Assembly (NCBI GenBank): GCA_965204155.1
Contig: OZ241971.1
Location: forward strand, 57,593-121,592
From: Candidatus Rariloculaceae bacterium
GTDB taxonomy: Bacteria; Pseudomonadota; Gammaproteobacteria; Steroidobacterales; Rariloculaceae
Direction: 5' to 3'
DNA: 64,000 nucleotides
Translations under genes and position numbers: made by a program
Shown: one piece after another, positions 48,756 to 58,500 of the stretch
How the letters are laid out: each line of letters opens with the position of its first letter
Numbering within the stretch: position 1 is the first letter of the stretch
The notes under the pieces: model-generated
The model's database searches: none
What the model saw: only the letters and a program-made list of their open reading frames with translations
Told to the model about the DNA's origin: nothing

Positions 48756-49634
48756 ATGGCGGGTAAGCGGCACAGTCGATCCGAAATCGAGGGATTGCTG
48801 AAGAAGGCGGCCCGGCTCCAGGCCGGCGGGAAACGCGTCGTCGATGTCGCCGACAGGCTCGGCGTATCGAAACAGACGTTGTTTCGCTGGCGGCGAGAGT
48901 TCGGAGACGAGGTCAACGGGCTGGGCGTTCCCCAGCGGACGACTCGCAAGACGATTCTCGATACGGCGGAGCGATTGCTGGCCGAGGAAGGCATGGCCGT
49001 TTCGCTGCGGCGCATCATGGCCAAGGCAAACGTCAATATCGCCGCCATCCACTATCATTTCGGTGACCGTCAGGCATTGATCGATGCCCTGGTGGATCGA
49101 AGGCTCGGGACCATCAACGGCGCGCGTCTCAAGCGTTTGGCGGAAGCAAGGGAGAAATCCGATCCGGCCGGAATCGAGGACCTGGTACAGGCGTTCATGG
49201 GGCCCAGCGTGGAGGCGAGCCTGAGTGCGGACCCCGGTTGGCAGCACTTTTCTCGGTTTCTCGTCTGGCTGGTGAACGATCCGCAAACGACTTCCCGGAC
49301 CTTGCTCAAGAACGTCTACGGCGAGCTGCACCCCCGTTTCCAGGCTGCATTCCGCAAACGGAAGCCAGATTTATCGGAGACGGATTTTCACTGGCGATAC
49401 CACTCGATGATCGCGATCATGGCCGCAGCCGGCCATAATCGGGATCGCCTGATTCGACTGTCAGGGGGAGAGTGCGGTAACGAGGACTATTCGGCGACCA
49501 TGGCCGCGCTGACGCCCATTGCGGTCGCGATCTGGACCGCGCCTCCATCGAACGCCGGCGTCGAGCATGTCACCGTAGGCATCGAATCTCTCGATGCCGC
49601 TGCTGTTTCAACCGTGAACTACACGATGGGATAA
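48756..49634 (+). CDS. TetR/AcrR (PsrA-like) regulator with N-terminal IS3-family transposase OrfA-like HTH
   Basis: aa 1-50 KRHSRSEI..LL......G..V..VA.RLGVSKQTLFRWRREFG. aa ~60-110 TRKTILDTAERLLAEEG..SLRRI...ANVNIAAIHYHFG. Confidence 0.85.
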   Translation: MAGKRHSRSEIEGLLKKAARLQAGGKRVVDVADRLGVSKQTLFRWRREFGDEVNGLGVPQRTTRKTILDTAERLLAEEGMAVSLRRIMAKANVNIAAIHYHFGDRQALIDALVDRRLGTINGARLKRLAEAREKSDPAGIEDLVQAFMGPSVEASLSADPGWQHFSRFLVWLVNDPQTTSRTLLKNVYGELHPRFQAAFRKRKPDLSETDFHWRYHSMIAIMAAAGHNRDRLIRLSGGECGNEDYSATMAALTPIAVAIWTAPPSNAGVEHVTVGIESLDAAAVSTVNYTMG

Positions 49635-50597
49635 CCGCCCCAAGCCCTCGATCTCGATCTCGATTTCGCACTCGCGCTCCTGAAAGTTGATGTTGCGGTG
49701 AGCGCGCGGGTAGTTTCCCATGCCCTTTGCGGAAGTACCGCAACTGATGATGTCGCCCGGCTCGAGCGTGAAGTAGCGGCTTGCCTCGGCCACGAGTTGC
49801 TGGACGGAATAGGTGTAACTCGCCGTCGTATCCGACGAGAATTGTTCACCGTCTACGTACCCGTCGACGCGCAGGGTGTTCGGGTCCGGGATCTCGTCGG
49901 CGGTCGTGATCCACGGTCCCATCGGGCCGAAGGTATCGGTCGCCTTCGACCGCGCATGGTAAACAAAGTAGACGTCCCGATCTTCGGGGCCGTGCAATCT
50001 GCGCCAGGACAGGTGTTCAGGCTGCAGCAGGTCCGGTTCCCGCGTCGTCGCGATGCTGTCCATGCCGAACTTCATCCCGTGGGAGGTCACGTCGTCCATA
50101 ACGCTGTAGCCGAACACGAAATCCAGCGCGTCAGCTTCGTCGATGTTCCGCGCCCGCCTGCCGAGGATCACGCAAAGCTCCGGCTCCGGCATCGTGTGGC
50201 CATAGTGACTCTTTACGACCACGGACTTGCCATGCCCAATGAGACTGGACGGCGCCTTGAGAAAGAAATTCGGCACGCCGGGATCGACGTGCGCAGCCTT
50301 TCGAATGCCCACGTTATTGAATGCCACGCCGAAAATCTTCGTCGGATGGCGTTGCGGCGGCAGCCAGTCGGCCGACTCGATTTCCAGCAGCGGAACGCCA
50401 GCGCTGGCCAGACTGGCCACAACCTCCGAGACCCTTCGCAGCTCTCCCGGACCGGCCTCAACCAACGCCTGAAACGTAGCGGGAGCGCCTTGCATTGCGC
50501 AGGCACGGTAGGCGTCGCGCAAAACCACCAGATGGGCCTCGTCGACCCTGACAACCAGTTCCGGCCTGTCCTCAATCAGTATCGTTCCGAACTGCAC
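49608..50597 (-). CDS. Fumarylacetoacetate hydrolase family protein
   Basis: KIFGVAFN, FFLKAPSS, PEPEL, GYSVMDDVT, K..DTFGPMGP, LEPGDIISCGT; GTG start with GGGAGG RBS. Confidence 0.88.
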   Translation of the reverse strand: MQFGTILIEDRPELVVRVDEAHLVVLRDAYRACAMQGAPATFQALVEAGPGELRRVSEVVASLASAGVPLLEIESADWLPPQRHPTKIFGVAFNNVGIRKAAHVDPGVPNFFLKAPSSLIGHGKSVVVKSHYGHTMPEPELCVILGRRARNIDEADALDFVFGYSVMDDVTSHGMKFGMDSIATTREPDLLQPEHLSWRRLHGPEDRDVYFVYHARSKATDTFGPMGPWITTADEIPDPNTLRVDGYVDGEQFSSDTTASYTYSVQQLVAEASRYFTLEPGDIISCGTSAKGMGNYPRAHRNINFQERECEIEIEIEGLGRLSHRVVHG

Positions 50598-50722
50598 GGT
50601 CCCTCCCTCTGCGGATACGGTCTCCGGCCGACATCGTAGACTCTCTGGCGCCGAATTAAAACGGTCGATAGAATCCGCACATAGCAGCGGCCCCGACCGC
50701 GAACGCGAACAACCTCGGAAAG

Positions 50723-51175
50723 ATGCCAATGAAACCTGAAGAAAGAAGAGCCATCGAGTGGGACTGCGCCCAACTGCTCGCCCGGTTCTATCGTTGCCTG
50801 GACGAGCGCGCCTACCGGGAGACGGCAGACCTCTTTGTGGAGGATGGCGAGTGGCTTCGCATGGGTGAACTGCTAAGCGGCAGGGACAAGATTCTGAGCG
50901 TGCTGGAGCAGCGGTCGGAATCGGTTGCCATCCGCCACTTGCTTTCGAACGTTCTCGTCGATGTCGACAGCCCCGAATCCGCTACGGTCCATGCGTACGT
51001 CACCGTCTTCATCCACCGCGATGGAGAAGCGGCCGCGTCGCCGGCCACATTGGAGCACCCCGTTGCGATCTGGTCCCTGCGAGTTCGGTGCGTATCGGTC
51101 GAAGGCGTCTGGAAGACCCAAAGCCATCGCGGCGAACGGGTAATGGTCCGAAGGGATGTCGCGCCTCTGCCTTGA
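50723..51175 (+). CDS. SnoaL-like/NTF2-fold protein
   Basis: LLARFYRCLDER, LF..DGEW, L.GR..I, IRHLLSNV.V. Confidence 0.82.
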   Translation: MPMKPEERRAIEWDCAQLLARFYRCLDERAYRETADLFVEDGEWLRMGELLSGRDKILSVLEQRSESVAIRHLLSNVLVDVDSPESATVHAYVTVFIHRDGEAAASPATLEHPVAIWSLRVRCVSVEGVWKTQSHRGERVMVRRDVAPLP

Positions 51176-51236
51176 GCAGCGCCACCTGGTGATTGCAGGT
51201 GTCGCAAGGATACAGCCAACGGCAATGGATGACTGG

Positions 51237-51479
51237 CTAATGGGCAGCGGCCATTGCCGGGTGGTAGAAGTGCTCGATCGGAATATCGAATACACGGGCG
51301 AAGCGATGTAGCTGCCGCCGTGGCACATAGGCCATGAGCACATGCGCTTCAACGGCACCGTTGCCCGCCAATATTACACTTTCGCCATCTTCGCCCTCAG
51401 CCACATCGACGTGGTGACGGCGAAACACCTCAAGTACAGACGCTCGGGCAACAGCTCCGGAACCGCCGTGATCTCGCAT
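51237..51479 (-). CDS. Small hypothetical protein, possible HicA-like (alpha-beta3-alpha) partner
   Basis: 80 aa, 21 bp downstream of the HicB-like gene; helix/strand pattern resembles HicA but the GSH motif is absent. Confidence 0.45.
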   Translation of the reverse strand: MRDHGGSGAVARASVLEVFRRHHVDVAEGEDGESVILAGNGAVEAHVLMAYVPRRQLHRFARVFDIPIEHFYHPAMAAAH

Positions 51480-51500
51480 GACTTCAGATAGGCCAGGTGA

Positions 51501-51947
51501 TTACGTAGCAGTTGCGTAGGCCGTGTCTGGTTCGAGGTACGCAATTCCCGAGAACGGCAATTGCCATGACTCGGCTTGAACGGACTCCCTCAGGTCGTGC
51601 AAAGACGCCGTGTTGAGTGAGTAGTGCCTTTCCGCATTCAACCAAAGGTTCCATACATCCTGCGGGGCAACCTTGAGAATGTGCTCGATGGTGCCGTAAA
51701 TCTTCAAGTGTTCGGTGATGGTCCCCGCCAAACCTGTCACGAACCGGTGCTTGACATCCTCAAGATCGTGCCCTGCGGCTGCATAGTCAAGCTCCAGACC
51801 GTGGGCGAACCAACAGTCTTCATCTTGAATAATAAGTACCCTTAGCGCGTTCACATATATCGTATGTACATCATCATTTTGTTGATGCACAACACTTGCG
51901 CTATCGCCAGGCGAACCTTTGGACGTCAAGTTGGGGTCATCGTTCAC
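51501..51947 (-). CDS. HicB-like (partial RNase H fold) protein in a low-GC segment
   Basis: LRVLIIQDEDCWFAHGLELDYAAAGHDLEDVKHRF matches the HicB N-domain pattern. Start uncertain (GTG 51947 or TTG 52034). Confidence 0.55.
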   Translation of the reverse strand: MNDDPNLTSKGSPGDSASVVHQQNDDVHTIYVNALRVLIIQDEDCWFAHGLELDYAAAGHDLEDVKHRFVTGLAGTITEHLKIYGTIEHILKVAPQDVWNLWLNAERHYSLNTASLHDLRESVQAESWQLPFSGIAYLEPDTAYATAT

Positions 51948-52221
51948 TATGCACTCACGGAGACAAAAAATAGAAAATGCGATGAATGGAAGGTCAGTCG
52001 AGAGGGGAACGCTTTCGGCGCTGCCTTTTAGCAAAAATACATGAACATGTCAAGAGTATTTCCGCACAACTAGGATATTACTGAAGCGATATACGAAAGT
52101 ACAATACTTTGATGGGATATATGCACAAAAATTCCAGAAATGGCAGAGAGTTCGCCATGAGCAATTAGCCAATTCGTGGGGGAATCGGTCCGGAAGAAAG
52201 TGGGGTTGTGTCTAACCCGCA

Positions 52222-52650
52222 TCAGGCCGTCTTCAGGCCGGACGCCAGTATGCCCCTGACCCCAGCTTCCTCGTCCTTGATGGACACGTCACCCGTGACG
52301 CCGACCGCCCCGATGCATACGCCATGATCGTCGAAAATCTTGACGCCGCCGGCGTCGGCGAGAAACTTCCGGTTCGAATTCTCGTTGAGGTAGTCGTTGA
52401 ATAGCGGCCGGGACTCCAGAAAGCCCTGCAGGCCGGATGTCGTCGGGAAACCCAGCCCGGCGGCCGCACAGGCCTTGCCGAAAGCCAGTTCATACCGGAA
52501 GAAGCTCGCCCCGTCGGCCCGCTGGAAGGCGACGACGTGACCGCCGTCGTCCACTACGGCCGCGGCCAGGGGCTTCAGCCCCATGTCCTTGCCCGCTGCC
52601 AGGGTCCGTGCGCAGATTTCGTTGGCTGCCGCCAGGGGAATCGATGCCAT
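52222..52650 (-). CDS. GlcG/HbpS family heme-binding protein
   Basis: AVVDDGGHVVAFQRADGA, A.GKA, GGV.I....IGAVGVTGD...DE. Confidence 0.9.
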   Translation of the reverse strand: MASIPLAAANEICARTLAAGKDMGLKPLAAAVVDDGGHVVAFQRADGASFFRYELAFGKACAAAGLGFPTTSGLQGFLESRPLFNDYLNENSNRKFLADAGGVKIFDDHGVCIGAVGVTGDVSIKDEEAGVRGILASGLKTA

Positions 52651-52778
52651 GAGTGGTTCTCCTCGAAGTCAGATGTGTCTGCAAGCCGTTTCAATCATAT
52701 GATAGAGTAACCGGCATTCTATCGTGCAGTGAATGGAAAACGATGAACATTACGTTTCGGAAGACGGAGTCCTGACCG

Positions 52779-53687
52779 GTGGATGCCAGACCCTGTCCCG
52801 GGCCCGGACAACCGGGCGCTCCGGCTTATCGCCTGCCCCGCAACACTTGCGATACGCATGTTCACGTTGTGGGTCCGTTCGATCGCTATCCGTTGGTGGA
52901 GAAGCGAGTGTATACCCCGCCCGAGGCGACGGCCCGGGATCTTGAGAATTACCTGCGGATCTCCGGAATCGACCGTGTCATCGTCGTTCACGTCACAGTC
53001 GCCGGAACGACGCCGGACATTACTCTGGATGCCATGGCGCAACTGGGCAAATCCGCCCGCGGGGCGGTTCTGCCCGACGAAACGGTGTCGGACGAACAGA
53101 TTGCCGCCTGGCACCGGGCAGGGATCCGCGCCGCGCGAATAACCGGTTTCGGCGGCGAGCCGCTGACCGAAGCGAAGATTCGCACCATCGCCGACAAGGT
53201 GGCGCCGTACGGGTGGCACCTGCTCTACATGAGTCTGGGCGCCGAGGAATGGGAAAGACTGCTTCCCGTGTTGCTGGATCTGCCCGTTGAGGTCTGTGTC
53301 GACCACATGGGCGGACGGCTCTACGACTTCGATGCGGGAACCGACCAGCCCGCATTTCAGTCCCTTCTCAGGACGGTAGGCGAAGGCTCGATATGGACCA
53401 AGATTTCCGGCTACTACCGCTACTCGAGCGACCAGTCGTATCCCTGGCCGCGTTCGCTGCCGTTTGCCCAGGCGCTCGTCGACGCGAATCCCGAACGCCT
53501 GATATGGGGCTCCGACTGGCCCTACCCGGCCCTGTTCCACAAACCGATGCACAAGACGGTGGGTCCCATCGACTGGCTCGCCCAACTCGACGTCCCGGCC
53601 CGGGACCTGGAGCGAATCCTGGTGCACAACGCCGCGAAGCTCTACGACTTCCCATCCGATTCGACAGAGGCACAAGCCGACGGCTGA
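52779..53687 (+). CDS. Amidohydrolase family protein, LigI (2-pyrone-4,6-dicarboxylate lactonase)-like
   Basis: TCDTHVHVVGP..RYP, VDHMG, WTKISG.YR, RLIWGSDWP. Confidence 0.75.
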   Translation: MDARPCPGPGQPGAPAYRLPRNTCDTHVHVVGPFDRYPLVEKRVYTPPEATARDLENYLRISGIDRVIVVHVTVAGTTPDITLDAMAQLGKSARGAVLPDETVSDEQIAAWHRAGIRAARITGFGGEPLTEAKIRTIADKVAPYGWHLLYMSLGAEEWERLLPVLLDLPVEVCVDHMGGRLYDFDAGTDQPAFQSLLRTVGEGSIWTKISGYYRYSSDQSYPWPRSLPFAQALVDANPERLIWGSDWPYPALFHKPMHKTVGPIDWLAQLDVPARDLERILVHNAAKLYDFPSDSTEAQADG

Positions 53688-53695
53688 TCGGCCTA

Positions 53696-54580
53696 TCAGC
53701 CAATTGGCTCGTATTCGGCTGAATTGGCGACCCATCCTTTCTCGACAAAGTCGTCGCGTACGGGCGAAAAGACATCGATCAGGAGGTTCCTGACCGAACC
53801 GGGGCTGCCGGTTACCGTGTGAATGAGACCGACCGGAAAGACGCCAATGCACGGTGCGTCGATGCGTTCATGCCGGTCGGCCCGCCAGGCCGTGGAATCC
53901 GGCATCCATGGCACGCGCAGGTGATAAACGAAGGAGCCCCTTAGCCCCAGGGATGCCTGCTCGAACGCCGAATGATTGTGTGGGCTGAGCCGGGTCGGGT
54001 CCCGTGCTCCCTTGTACTCGACCCAGTTGATGCTAATGGCGTCCGACTGGATCATGCGGGTCCGGTCGGCATGGGGTAACGTCGCAAGCTCGGCGATCTC
54101 GTAGCGGTTGATTCGGCCTGGATTGGAGGTGCGCCGAAAGTTCCTTCGCGGCGGAACGATCCTTTCGTCGGCCCTCGTGTAATGAGCCAAGTTGATCGCG
54201 CGCCGCCGAAGTGCCTCCGGTGGTTTCGAGTGGGCTATCGCGACCTGCGCCGATTCGCCGACGACAACCTGGAATCTGCCCGCAGGTACGATCGCGACGG
54301 AGCCCGCACCGAGTTCAACGGTATTGTCGACGTTCCCGTTGGCACCGTCGACACTCCCGGCGGCATCGTCAACACGCTCGATCCGCGCGTTGCCCGCGGA
54401 TAGCATCACAATGGATTCGAACTCTCCCGCGCGCTCCAGCCGGGCGGCACTCGATGGCTGCCAGAGCTCAACAGCGAAGTTCTGCGCCGTCACAACCTGG
54501 GACTCCGCATCTCCTGCTGCATCGGACAGTCGCAACAGCGTCTCCTCACGAACCGGATAGATGTCCAATGCCCTATCCAA
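53696..54580 (-). CDS. Hypothetical protein with probable cupin double-stranded beta-helix domain(s)
   Basis: PHNHSAFEQ...H...P..IHT and LIDVFSP.R.DF cupin-like motifs. Confidence 0.6.
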   Translation of the reverse strand: MDRALDIYPVREETLLRLSDAAGDAESQVVTAQNFAVELWQPSSAARLERAGEFESIVMLSAGNARIERVDDAAGSVDGANGNVDNTVELGAGSVAIVPAGRFQVVVGESAQVAIAHSKPPEALRRRAINLAHYTRADERIVPPRRNFRRTSNPGRINRYEIAELATLPHADRTRMIQSDAISINWVEYKGARDPTRLSPHNHSAFEQASLGLRGSFVYHLRVPWMPDSTAWRADRHERIDAPCIGVFPVGLIHTVTGSPGSVRNLLIDVFSPVRDDFVEKGWVANSAEYEPIG

Positions 54581-54625
54581 CTGATATTTCCGTACCGGTG
54601 GCCGCAGGCCCGCTCTTGGCGACGC

Positions 54626-55498
54626 TCATGCAGAAACGTTCTTGAGAAGAAACTCGAGGTGTCGCGCGTTGAATCGCTCGCTGTCTTCGAAGTACGGAGC
54701 GTGGATGCAACCCTCGAAGAACTCCAGTTCCGAGTTCGGAATCAGTTCGCCGAGCTTTCTCGGCAGCGCCGTACTCGTCAGAGCGTCCTTGACGCCCTTT
54801 GCGATCAGGGTCGGCGCCCGGATCGACCGATACTCGTCTTCGGAACAGAAGCTCAGGTGCGCAGTCTCTTCCAGGTGATGCACGGCGAAGTGCTTGTAAC
54901 GCTCGCGGATGAGCGGTTGCCTGAAGACATTGCGACGGGCCGCGATGATGTCGTCGAAAATCTCGTCCTCGCGAATGATCGCCCTGATCCCCTTTTCCGC
55001 GCCTTCCCACGTCGATTCGTCGGCTTCGGTGATGTGCGTTCGAAGAATGCGTTCCGCCCGCTCCTTCTCGAAGTACAGCCCGGCGGGGGACACGAGCGTC
55101 AACGTGCTGGTCCGGTCGGGATAGTCCACGGCAAAGCGGGCGACGACGCGCGAACCCATGCTGGTTCCGACCACCGACGCCTTGTCCAACCCGACAGCGT
55201 CCATGAAGTCGATCATGTGCCTTGCCAGCACCGGCGCGTGATAGTCCATCGCCGGCTTGTCGGAGAAACCGGTGCCCATGAGATCGATGGCATACGTGTT
55301 GAAGTGCTCGCCATGTGCCGCGAGGTTCTTGATCCACACATCGCAGTGGCTCCCGAACCCGTGAATCAGCAACAACCCCGGCAGCTCATCCGAACCGCTG
55401 CGCAGGTAACGCGTGCGCACATCGCCCGCCATGGCGTAGCCCTGCTCGAAGGCGACGCCCTGCAGCCAGGTCCAGATGCTGCGGTAGCTGGTGGTCAT
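54626..55498 (-). CDS. Alpha/beta hydrolase, meta-cleavage-product hydrolase-like
   Basis: LIHGFG, DLMGTGFSDKP, GTSMG nucleophile elbow, G.KD, C.HAPYFE. Confidence 0.85.
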   Translation of the reverse strand: MTTSYRSIWTWLQGVAFEQGYAMAGDVRTRYLRSGSDELPGLLLIHGFGSHCDVWIKNLAAHGEHFNTYAIDLMGTGFSDKPAMDYHAPVLARHMIDFMDAVGLDKASVVGTSMGSRVVARFAVDYPDRTSTLTLVSPAGLYFEKERAERILRTHITEADESTWEGAEKGIRAIIREDEIFDDIIAARRNVFRQPLIRERYKHFAVHHLEETAHLSFCSEDEYRSIRAPTLIAKGVKDALTSTALPRKLGELIPNSELEFFEGCIHAPYFEDSERFNARHLEFLLKNVSA

Positions 55499-55588
55499 GG
55501 ACCAGATTCTATCGAATGACTTAACGATGCGATAGACAGCCTGACCGGGCAAGACCTGTTGCAGGAGCGACAGAACGGCCTCAATGCA

Positions 55589-58500
55589 TCAGCGACCCCC
55601 GACGCCGCCCCTCACTCCTGGCGTGTAGGCGAATTGCAGCAGGTATGTGCGGTCGCCGGCGCCGACCAGCGGGGCGCCGGAACGCTCGCGCTCGGAGCTG
55701 TTGAGGTTGCGCACCGTCAACGACAGCGAATACGCGTCGCTGAAGGCGAATTGATGGCGCAAGTCCACAGTAACCACGCCACCGCTCGTGACCGTCTCGA
55801 TACCGTCGGCCAGATCGACGGCGTTCAGGATGTCCGTATCGGCCCGCAACGTGAGTCGAGTCGTTTGGCCGCGAAGGAACGTATTGTCCCGCCAGTTCAA
55901 GTTGAAGCGCACGTTCCCGGTCCACTCCCTGATGTTGGCTATATTCGCAGCCCCGCCGATACCGTTCGTGCCGACGACTTCCGACACTGGCTCCGCTACC
56001 GTGTCCTGAAAGAGGAAACTCAGCGTTCGGGTGGCATTGACCCTTACGGCCAACGCCGCGAACGGCGTGTCCCAGTTGGAGCTGACCGCGAGATTGATGC
56101 CCTCCATCCTGGTCGTGGCCAGGTTGGTGTAGAGACGGTAGTCGGCGCTCAGTTCCTCGCGAGTGGCAATGATGCCATCGCCATCGGGATCGCTTCCGTC
56201 CCAGCAAAGCTGGCCGTCCGGGTCCGGAACGCCATCCAGGTCCACATCTTCGGTAAGGTAGAATCCGCCCCACGCGGCCATGCCATTGGCGTTCATTGTG
56301 GAAAATGCGCACGGACTCAGGCCCGGGCTGCCTCCCCAGCTCCGGTTGATCGCCGACGACACGTCGATCCGGTCCTCAAAGTCGATGTTCACGTAAGAAG
56401 CTGACCAATTCAGGCTGTTGAGCGACCCAACGTCCCGGAATAGCGTCGCGTCCAGTCCAACGCTGAGATGCGCCGCCTGTTGCGGACCGAGCTCCGAATC
56501 GGCGCGGAAGACGGACGTCACGCCATGCCCGCCCCTGCGGCCCCCACCGGGGATCTCCGGCACGGAACTGCGACCCTGGGTCGGGGTGGTTTGCGCAAGG
56601 GTCGGTGCGCGGAAGGACGTTCCATACGAGGTTCGCAAGGCCACGCGGTCCGAAACATTCCAGGTCAGTCCCACCTTCGGATTGAAGGTTCCCCCCACCG
56701 TGCTGTAATCATCGTAGCGTCCGGCCAACTGCATGGAGAGATTTTCGTGGACCGGCACCGCCGCTTCCATCAGCACCGCAGCGATGGTCTGGTCTCCCGA
56801 GTAGGGCACCTGCGGTGAGGAAGTGGCCGTAAAGGTGATGTTGCGGTCGGCCGACTTGGTAAATTCGTTGTAGTCCACCGCCGAGGACTCCTGACGGTAC
56901 TCCGCGCCGACCACCGCCAGGACTTCACCACCGGGCAATTCCCAACCCGTATCGATGGAGAGCAGCGCGTTGACACCCAGCAAATCGGTTTCGAACATAC
57001 GTTGCACACCGTCACCCGGATACATGTAGTCGATGAGTTCCGGGGAATTGGCCAGTGAACCGCCTTCGAAAATCGTATCCGCGTTGGGCAGCAATGCGCT
57101 GAGGAACGGATTGAAAAACATGCATGAGCCTTCGCCCGGCATTCCTGTGGCCGGATCGCAGCCCGGACCGCCCAGGCCCGCCAGCGCGTTCTCGAAACGA
57201 TCAATCACGAGATCGTAACGATTCTGCGTCACCGCACTGCGACCGTAGGTCGTGCCAAGCTGGAGGCCGAAGGTCTCGTTCAGATCGATGTCGAGAGAGC
57301 CATGCAGGTTGTATGTGTCCGACTCCTGGAGCTGCTGGTCCTTGAACCCGATACCGGGACCGATGGCCACGTTGAGGGGAGGAGGCGGCGTTCTGACAGT
57401 CATTCCCCTCGACATGCCGACGGTCGGCTGCCCGATCCGATGCCAGTCGTCGTCGAGTGTCATGTAGTACTGCCAGGCGGGGTGGTCGGCGGTGATGGTT
57501 TCGTCCACGTAGTTCGGTATTGCGGCCGAACTCAAATTCTGTCCACGTCCTGTATCGAAGCTGGTTTGCTGGTTGTCCCAATTCTCGCGATGGCTGTAGC
57601 CGAAGTCGAGGGAACCCGAAACGCGGCTTGAAAAATCCCAGCGAACCGCAGCGAACAGCGAAGAACGGTTCGTATCTCTGCCGGTGGTGTGCGGAAAGTC
57701 ATAGCCGTGACAAGTTCCCGCCGTCCCGGGGACGGACGAGTCGTCTTCGGGAACGAGAAAGCCCTCATAGTTATAGTCCAAGCCCTCAATATCCACACCG
57801 CAGAGCGGATCGACCAATGTCTCGCCAGGGATGGTATTCCTACCCATGCCGATCGAGGGGGTCATGGATTCATACGCCGCGCCGTCGTTGGCGTTGCCGG
57901 TCATGTCCTGATAATCCATCAAGAGCATGCTGCCGTCCCACTCCGGGAAGGAATCGGCGTTGCTCCTGCCCACAGCCAACGCATCGATTTCCCGCGTGAT
58001 GCGGTGATCGAACGCCGCGATGAAACTGCCCATGCCATTTCCGAGCCCGGTGCCCCAGATCCCTTCGATCGCATTGGATCCGGTGTCGCTCAGGCTGTCC
58101 GGGTAAAGGTCCGTCTGCATGCGAAACTCGATGCCCTCGAAGCCATACCTCGGCACCAGGTTGATTACGCCGGCCACGGCGTCGGTTCCGTAGATGGCGC
58201 CACCGCCGTCGAGCAGCACATCGGCCCTGGCCATGGTAATGGCCGGCAGCACCGAATTGATATCCGAGGTGTACCAGCCGCCGCTGTTCGGCGCGGCGTA
58301 GTGGATCACTCGCGAGCCGTTGAGCAGCGTGAGCGTGTTTTCCTCTCCCAAGCTCCACAGGCTCACCCCGGCGGCGCGGTTGCCGGTGCCCGCCTGACCG
58401 CTGGTATTGCCTTCATCGACTCCCAGCGAAACCACGTTATTGGACGTGATATTGTCAGCGAAAAATTCGGAAATGGTCACCGAGGGATTGTCGAAGAAAT

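Noticed and set aside
48700-49000. Intact IS3 element
   Set aside because: No OrfB/DDE integrase, no recognisable terminal inverted repeats or target duplication; the HTH is fused in frame to TetR.
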